Assembly: GCA_965153355.1 (NCBI GenBank)
Contig: OZ231126.1
Coordinates: 37,758,001-37,822,000, forward strand
DNA: 64,000 bases
Direction of reading: 5' to 3'
Source of the DNA: Flaccisagitta enflata
Taxonomy: Eukaryota
The translations under genes and the position numbers were made by a program. Of the stretch, positions 56,258 through 64,000 are shown in pieces. Numbering within the stretch: position 1 is the first letter of the stretch; each line of letters starts with the position of its first letter. Under the pieces are notes generated by a model that did no database searches, was not told the origin of the DNA, and saw nothing but the letters and a program-made list of their open reading frames with translations.

Positions 56258-56762
56258 AAGGCAATATATGGTCAGCGATACCCGTTGCCCTGCTTGCTTG
56301 ATCGTGTTTTTGAGAAGAGGGGAAGCAGGGCAGTGGCCCAGAGGGGGACGGAGTCCTGTAAAACACAGGGAGACTTTCATTCATTCGTTCATCCGCCCGT
56401 CCGTCTGTCCCTGATTTCATGCCTGAGAGGGTGAACATTGGCAAGAGGGATTATAGGAGGCCTACAAGAGGCTTATAAGAGGCCGGAGAGGTCTGATTTG
56501 AAGCCTAAGAGGGCTGATTTGGGGCCTGTGAGGGCGAATTTGAGACCATAATGAGCAGATTTGAGGTCTGAAGGCTGATTTGAGGCCTGCAAGGCCTGAG
56601 AGGCCTGATTTGAGGTCTGAAAGGCTGGATGTGAGGTCTGAGAGGCCTGATTTGAAGCCTGAGAGGCCTGATTTGAGGTCTGAGAGGTCTGATTTTGGGT
56701 CTGAACTGGGGGGGGGGGAACAATGGACGTGGACGCCCGAACGAACAAACAAAAGTCCCCCG
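56258..56762 (-). mobile_element. Family D element copy
   Basis: GGCAATATATGGTCAGCGATACCCGTTGCCCTGCTT end and 21-bp internal repeats. Confidence 0.7.
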
Positions 56763-56852
56763 AAATCGCCAGGCGGCCTTGTTTTTTTGCAAATCACGTG
56801 AGCGGCGTAATGAATGAAGAGGCAAAACGCAAAGAGAGCGAAAAAGCGAGAG

Positions 56853-56953
<101 letters not shown>

Positions 56954-57209
56954 ATGAGTCTGAGGGATAGATCGAGGGACAGAAAGACACGGGTGCCGAG
57001 GGACAGAGAAGATAAAAGTCAGAGACAGAGTCAGACGTACAAAAAGTAACAACGAGAAAACGAGCAAAAAGGGAAAGGTTGGAAAAACGCATAATTCTGC
57101 AGCGAGCTCTCAAGCCCCATTGAGCGTTATGCAGAGTTGATGAGTAATTAGCGTTGACTGTTATCTGAGTGACGGGTGGCAACGTTTTCGTTATGCGCGT
57201 GGCGTCGTG

Positions 57210-57612
57210 ACTGCATTGACCAGGATTGACCAGCTGATCCCTGTCTGGTTTCTGCCTGTCTGTACAGCGTTGACCATGAAGGACAAGCTGATGCTTTCTT
57301 CCTCGTATGTCTGCCTATCTGTCTGCGACAGTTTTGACCAAGATTGACCATTGACCAGGTAATCCTCACATCGTCCGTTTGTCTGTCTGTCTGACTATCT
57401 GTCTGGGACAGCATTGACTAGGTGACCCTCTCATTGTCTGTCTGACTGTCTGTCTGCGATAGCATCGTCCAGGTGATCCTCACATTGTCAGTCCGTCTGT
57501 CTGTCTGTCTGCGACAGCGTTGACCAGGAATGACCCGGCAATCCACACATCTGCGGTCTGTCTGTCTGTCTGACTGTCTGTCCGCGACAGCGTTGATCAA
57601 CTATGACCAGGT
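57210..57612. repeat. Degenerate 50-60 bp tandem repeat with (TGTC)n core
   Basis: Recurring GACAGC(G/A)TTGACCAGG motif. Confidence 0.75.
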
Positions 57613-57907
57613 ACAAGATTCCGCTTTTTTCGTTGATTATCCACGACTTGTTTTTAAAGACAGTAACTCTCGCTTTAGTTGTCTAACTGATGACAACCGA
57701 ATAAAGTGTTGATGTATATTATCTCATACGTACGGATTTGTTTCGAGCAAGTTCAAGGTCTGTCATGTTAGTGGGAATGATTTGTGAAACATAAGGAGCT
57801 TGTCTCATTTTAGATTACCTCATAAAAAGCACGCGGATTTTTGATTGGATAACACGCTGCGGCTTAAGGACGTCTGTGTCCGCGTCCACTCACGTTCAGT
57901 TGATTTT

Positions 57908-58422
57908 TATTTAGTCAAGCAGTGATGCGCGTAGTAGGCCAAAAGAAATGACCTCTTTCAAGCATTTCTCAATGTATTTTTGAATTGCGAGCGGTTTTTG
58001 CGTTTCGGCCCCTGCCCAACCGTATGGTGACTGTCTTGCCGTGTATCCGGCCTTATTATTCAGTCAAGCAGTGATGCGCGTAGTAGGTCAGTAGAAATGA
58101 TCTCTTCCAAGCATTTCTCAATGTATTTTTGTATTGGTAGCGTTTTTTTTGCGTTTTGGCCCCTGCCCAACCGTATGGCGACTGTCTTGCTGTGTGTCCG
58201 GCCTTATTATTTAGTCAAGCAGTGATGCGCGTAGTAGGCCAGTAGATATGACCTCCTTCAAGCATTTCTCAATGTATTTTTGAATTGCGAGCGGTTTTTG
58301 TGTTTCGGCCCCTGTCCAACCGTATGCGACTGTCTTGCCGTGTATTCGGCCTTTTGATTTAGTCAAGCAGTGATGCGCGTAGTAGGCCAGTAGAAATGAC
58401 CTCTTTCAAGCATTTCTCAATG
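57908..58422 (+). repeat. About 150-bp tandem array (3.4 units), each full unit ending in a HINE 3' terminus
   Basis: AGTCAAGCAGTGATGCGCG at 57913, 58062, 58213 and 58361; units end CCCTGCCCAACCG..GACTGTCTTGCCGTGTATCCGGCCTT. Confidence 0.9.
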
Positions 58423-58813
58423 CCCCTTTGAACGCGGACGTTGCCAAAGGAACAAGATAAGAAAAGCGGCTTTGATGTTATTATCTTGTTTCTGTTGCTT
58501 TATAGTTCACGGTCGCTCAGCGGGTTTCTTGTTATCGCGTATAAGATATGATTATATTTAATCATTTATATCCATAGGGCTTCCTGAGGTTCACTTTGTA
58601 ATCCGTAATGTAGGTCCTTTGCATTTGTGAATCCTTCTGTCCGTCCACAGCAAGCGTTTTTTCGGCGGTGCCAGTGATGGCTTATTTCTTATTCCTTATT
58701 CTCATCTCGCATTACTCTGCCCCATGGTAACCAGAGTACCATAACCATTTGCATTTTTCCCTCTGCATGTATGCGTAATTGCCAGGTACATGCATTGGTT
58801 GTGTCCATATATA

Positions 58814-59235
58814 CAGGTCAGAGCGTAATTGAACGCGAGGCCCCCTTGAAAACTGTAGCAGACCCCCCAGAGCCCAGTATGTTGAAGCTAGGGGTATGAT
58901 TGAGGTATCATTTGAAAGCTTATGAGAGTACAAATGGCGCCATCAGAGCGTTTTTTTAGTTTTGAGCCCTGACTAAAATTACAGCACTTTAATGGTGTAA
59001 ATATTGACTTTTTTGGGATTGTTTAAAAAAAGCTAGTTTTGATACTTAGAAGAGCTATAATTTGAGCTAGGGAACAAAATTAAAAAAACCCTCTGATGGC
59101 GCCATTTGTATTCTCATAAGCTTTCAAATGATACCTCAGTCATACCCCTAGCTTCAACCTATTAGGCTGTAGGGGGTCTGCTACAGTTATCTTTCTTGAA
59201 AGTGGGGGCCTCTCGTTCAAATACGCTCTGATCTG
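58814..59235. mobile_element. Tc1/mariner-type foldback MITE
   Basis: About 145-bp TIRs (CAG.TCAGAGCGTA.TTGAACG..AAATGGCGCCATCAGAG); TA TSD. Confidence 0.88.
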
Positions 59236-59506
59236 TAGAGATGATTCATATCTCTAGAAAACAGATCGTCGATAATTGAGCTCACTATAGTTGGTACGCT
59301 ATCGTATCTATCGTCTTTTTGCTTTACAGACTAACCAAGTAAAAGTCCTTTTCGATGAATGCTTCATTACGTCACGATGTAAACGCGTTCGATTTTTTCA
59401 TATGCTTGTTTTCTTTTATCAGTCTATTCTTCTGCTTTTCTCTTTGTCTCTGACTGTCTCTGACTGTCTCTGACTCCGTTTTACAATCAACTCTCTTGCC
59501 CAGTCT

Positions 59507-59657
<151 letters not shown>

Positions 59658-59984
59658 GTGACTTCCTCTGCTTGCTACAGGTACTTTCCACTTTCTCGCT
59701 CTCTCTCTTTTTCTCTCACTTTCCTCGTTTCTTCTCATCAGTAAAACTACGAGTCTCTTGAGCCTCAAGCATTACCATCGAAGACCATCTTACATCTTCT
59801 TCTTCTTCGAGTGGACGTTTCCTGTATCATGCTTTACGTATCTTTGTTCCTCCCCAAAACTGACTCCTTTTTGGCCAATCGCTCGCGTTTGTGAGGCGTT
59901 TTAATCCACGCAAAACTCTCGCTCAAGTTTGTCGGTCCGTCAGGCCAGCATTTACAGTTTTACACATATATCGCTGGCCACTTA

Positions 59985-60195
59985 TTAGTCGCGTGCTACG
60001 CGACTCTACACCCCGCTATGTGGATCGGTAAGTCGGTTGGTTAGTCGGTTGTTCAGTCCCCTATTTACTTTTTTAGCTTTAATGAACTTTTAAAAGCTTA
60101 CTGCACCTGCCCAAATACCCTAGTGACCGTACCTTCCCTAGCACTGCCCATGCCCACCCCGACGCAAATGGGGAAGCCGTGTATCCGGCCTTGTT
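59985..60195 (+). mobile_element. HINE family A copy
   Basis: 5' hairpin and GCCGTGTATCCGGCCTTGTT end. Confidence 0.8.
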
Positions 60196-61286
60196 TTTCT
60201 GATACTCTGTCTGTTCGTCAGCCGGATATTTTTTTCTTTGATCCCTGAACCCTGATCTCCATTGTGGCTCTTCTGTAATTTTCTGAAACCAGGGTTAGAT
60301 TCTCACTTAAATTTTAGTTTCTCCTTAAAACTGTCATTTATGAATATGTTAAACATGAAACACCCCGGGGATTGGATTGAAAAAAAAGAGGGGAAATTTG
60401 TTTTTCTCTCTCGAATTTGAAAGTTTTATTTTGACGCAAAATCTTGACACTTTCGTGAGTTTATTGGATTTTGAACCATATTATTATGCCTCTTGGCAAT
60501 AGCAAAAGTAAAAGCAGACAAATATCATTAAAGAAAAGGCAAGAGAGTTCGAGAGTGTTTCAAGAACGCGGCGATATAGTTGAAGAAAAGAACGGGATGA
60601 TGGAAAGAGAGTAGGAAAGGAAGAAGAAGAGAGGAGAGAAGTTAGAAAAGAGACAAAATGAAAACGAGAAGAAGAATGAAATTGATAGATTAGGGGGTAT
60701 GGAGAGAGGACGAAAGTGATATACAGTGGAGCACCGCTATAGCGCACCCGCTAATATGGCATACTTGCACTTGGCTTTAAGGTATAGCACTTCCTGTCTC
60801 GTAGAAGATTTTGTTAATGTTTCTATATAAGAGAGAGGGCAACTTTACTGGGAGGCATAATTTTGTCCTGTCCCTCGACATGCTCTCTAGTGAAGCTCAA
60901 GTCAAGGGATTTGTATAAGAAAAGGCGTAACAGATCGACGGCAAAATGTGCCCACGGACGGTTGGACAGACCCTCCCATAGAAACAAATGTACTCATTTA
61001 AAAACTCAGCACAAATTGAAATATAAGTAGAAGCGGAAGTAGAACAGCAAAAAAACTAGACCGTTGAAAGAAATACAAGAAGAATCAACGATAAAAAGAG
61101 AAGAAACACGAAAGAAGGAAGAAACTGACGGCAAGAGGGAGAACCTTTCATTAGCGCGAAAACGTTTTGATGGTAATGACCTCTCTTGTCGATGTACATA
61201 CAAGCGTCAATCTGAATCCACCTTCAGACGCGGTTGCCTTAAATAAGTAGATTATCAAGAGAAAAAAAAAGGTAAAGGAACAGGTA

Positions 61287-61321
<35 letters not shown>

Positions 61322-62507
61322 ATAAGAATCTGGGTCAGCCATAGACGTGGGCACGTGGCCATAACCCGAAGGGTTAAAATACAGAACTGTTTTTGGGTAA
61401 ATGGAGTGATTTGGGCGTCAGCAAGGTTTCATTTGAAGCCATGCAGGACCGAAAAGCGTCGCTCACACCTTTACCACCTTTCTTTGATCATGTTGTGTAG
61501 GGTGTCAGAGATGTTAATGGAAGAGACTGAAGGCGGACAAAAGAATAAAACTGATGAAATGAAAAACAGGTAGACGCTCATAATATGTCCGTGTCCGCTC
61601 GTGGCTACTGGGTAGATTGGGTAGGCAGCAGTAGGTGTAGTAGCCCAGAAGGGCTTGATAACCCACGCTTACTCTCTCTTTTGAAGACAGATACCGGGTG
61701 ATCGGCCTGGGTAAATCTCTTTTGATGCTGAGATTAAACAACTAATGCCTGAGATTTGAGTACGAGACCATTTCAAAAACAAGGCCGGATACAAGTTAAC
61801 TTTAGTCGCGGACAGGTGGGCAGAGTCAGTGATATAGCCTTATATAGGGCAGTCGGGCACTTAGCAGGGGAGGCAACTCAAAACATGCGCGATTACATAT
61901 CGCCAAATGTGACGGATGGAATTTTGTGCGACAAACACGCTGTATTCTCATTCTGATGGACATTACTCCATTCGTTGCTGGATCCTTCAATCGGTCTGTA
62001 CACTGTCCTTTGGTCGGTTGGTCGGTCGATCAGTCGGTCGGTTGATTGGTCGGTTGGTCAGTTGGTCAGTAAAACTCATGTATATGTCCCCTGCACACGC
62101 ACACGTGACAATTTTTCATTACTTTATATGGACCCTGAAAACGAAAAAGGACTGCCTGACTCAAGTATGTGCTCCTCTCCAAGATTTTTTTCAAGTACCC
62201 CCTGCCTTAGTGTCAGTCGATTTCATCTTGCCTGTGCATCTGCCAGTCTCTATCAATCTGCTTCCCTCTCTAGTTTTCTTTCTTTTTCTATTGTCCGGTA
62301 ATGTAAATATAAGCCCCTGTCTCTGTTCGCCCACATAACTAATACCCAACTTTTCTTTTCTTTTCTTTTCTTTTTAATGTGTTTTTTATTTTTAGATGTG
62401 TGTTACACAGGCCGTTTTGGTCTGCCTGCCCTTCGACCTCACTGCCTATTTGTTTGACTGACAGACTCCGTCAGTCGCACTGTTCGTAGATCTCCATCTC
62501 TAATATA

Positions 62508-63323
62508 CAGTGGACTACCGCATTTTCGTCACCTGATTTAACGACATTTTGGATTTAACAGCCAAGATTCTTTGGTCCCAAATCTTTACAGGCTTTTGTA
62601 ATGTTAATTTTACTCGATTTTACAACACCTGATTTAACATCCAAACCTGATTTATAGTCGTTGATTTTAAGTCCCATGAATGACCTTATGCTGATTTAGT
62701 GACATCAATTAAAGAAATTGATAATTTTCTTTAATCTAAAATTTTGATTTTTTTACCAAGTCGCAATATAAGAAAAGGAAATAAGTAAGAAATAAACACA
62801 CAAATATTTGCAATAAGAACTGAAAAATTATACATAAGGACCTCAGCTCCTCTCTGAACTTTCTTTTTTGGTATTTCTCTTTGCCTCTTGGGATGATTTC
62901 TAAAGTGACAGTCAAAAATCTAGGCAAAATTATTGTTCTTTGCAAGCTTGCACTGTAACTCTATCATGAAGAAAAACTTAGGGTCAGACATAGACATTTT
63001 AAAAAATGATGCCATATCATGGACTAAGAGGTTTCTGATGAATTTTGTTTGAAATAATTTGATATAAAATTTATTAAATGTGATATTTTTCAATATGCAA
63101 ATATGTTATACTAATACTAAAAGAGGCTATCTTTTATTCTATGTCAGGTATGTTGGCCAGTTGCACAAAAACTATAAAGAATGCATATACAAACATATGA
63201 AAGTATATTTCAAAACTATTTTAACTAAGTGCATCTAAAACTATAAATTCGATTTAACAACACTCGGATTTAACAACCAAAATTCCCCAGTCCCTTCAAG
63301 GTCGTTAAATCGGGTTCCCACTG
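62508..63323. mobile_element. pogo/Tigger-like MITE
   Basis: TA-CAGTGG...CCACTG-TA; GATTTAAC(G/A)AC motifs repeated at both ends. Confidence 0.75.
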
Positions 63324-63386
63324 TACTCTGTCTCGCTGTCTGTCTCCCTATCTCTCTCTTTTTCCCTGTCTCTCTCAGTATCTGTC

Positions 63387-63417
<31 letters not shown>

Positions 63418-63425
63418 CTTTCTCT

Positions 63426-63476
<51 letters not shown>

Positions 63477-63945
63477 TTCCTCTTCATCGCCCTCTTATCT
63501 CATATATGCACATGGTGATGATGGCACGACACTGAAAGCTTCAGACAAGGCCATTACCTGGACACTCGAAAGCCAACGGCCCTCGTCTGCCTATCTTCCT
63601 ATCATTTCCTAATCCTCTCTCTTCCTCTCCTCCCTCCCTTCCCGCTCCTCCGTTTTGAGGTGTCCTCCTTCACTTTTTATCGGTTGCTCCCTTTGGTTTC
63701 TTTTCTGTTTTTCTGTCTTATTCACGGGACTCAATACCGCACTTTGTTGGTCGGTCCGTACGTTTGTTCGTCCGTCCATCTGTTCCCACACACGTTATTC
63801 CGTCAGTCTGTTATCTCCCTCAGCTTTTACTTTTCTTGCCCAACCGTACGCCACTAGTATCAGTCGTGTATCCGGCCTTGCTTTCTTACTCTCTACCTTT
63901 TTGCCTTACTTCTGCGATGAAGCTGTGTTTCTGATTGTGCGTATC

Positions 63946-63998
<53 letters not shown>

Positions 63999-64000
63999 CG

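Overview
Repeat-dense animal (invertebrate-like) genomic DNA; no prokaryotic operons, rRNA, tRNA or CRISPR arrays were seen. Almost all ORFs in the supplied track are microsatellite or low-complexity artefacts. Manual splicing of the minus strand shows the 5' part of a divergent long-chain acyl-CoA synthetase (ACSL-like, AMP-binding family) gene. Its firm exons are 4512-4333, 3814-3658 and 2450-2323, with probable small upstream exons, and the gene appears to run off the left edge. Two of its splice sites are tandemly duplicated. The rest is mostly non-autonomous transposons: at least five Helentron-associated (HINE/DINE-1-like) families with covarying subterminal inverted repeats, Tc1/mariner/pogo MITEs (TA TSD), hAT-like MITEs (8-bp TSD), a Chapaev-like foldback, a 2.6-kb foldback carrying a 140-bp palindromic satellite, a multi-level nested cluster at 32.4-38.5 kb, and a 5'-truncated R4/Dong-like retrotransposon between (TC)n tracts. 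Family and superfamily names come from recalled structural hallmarks, not from database searches.
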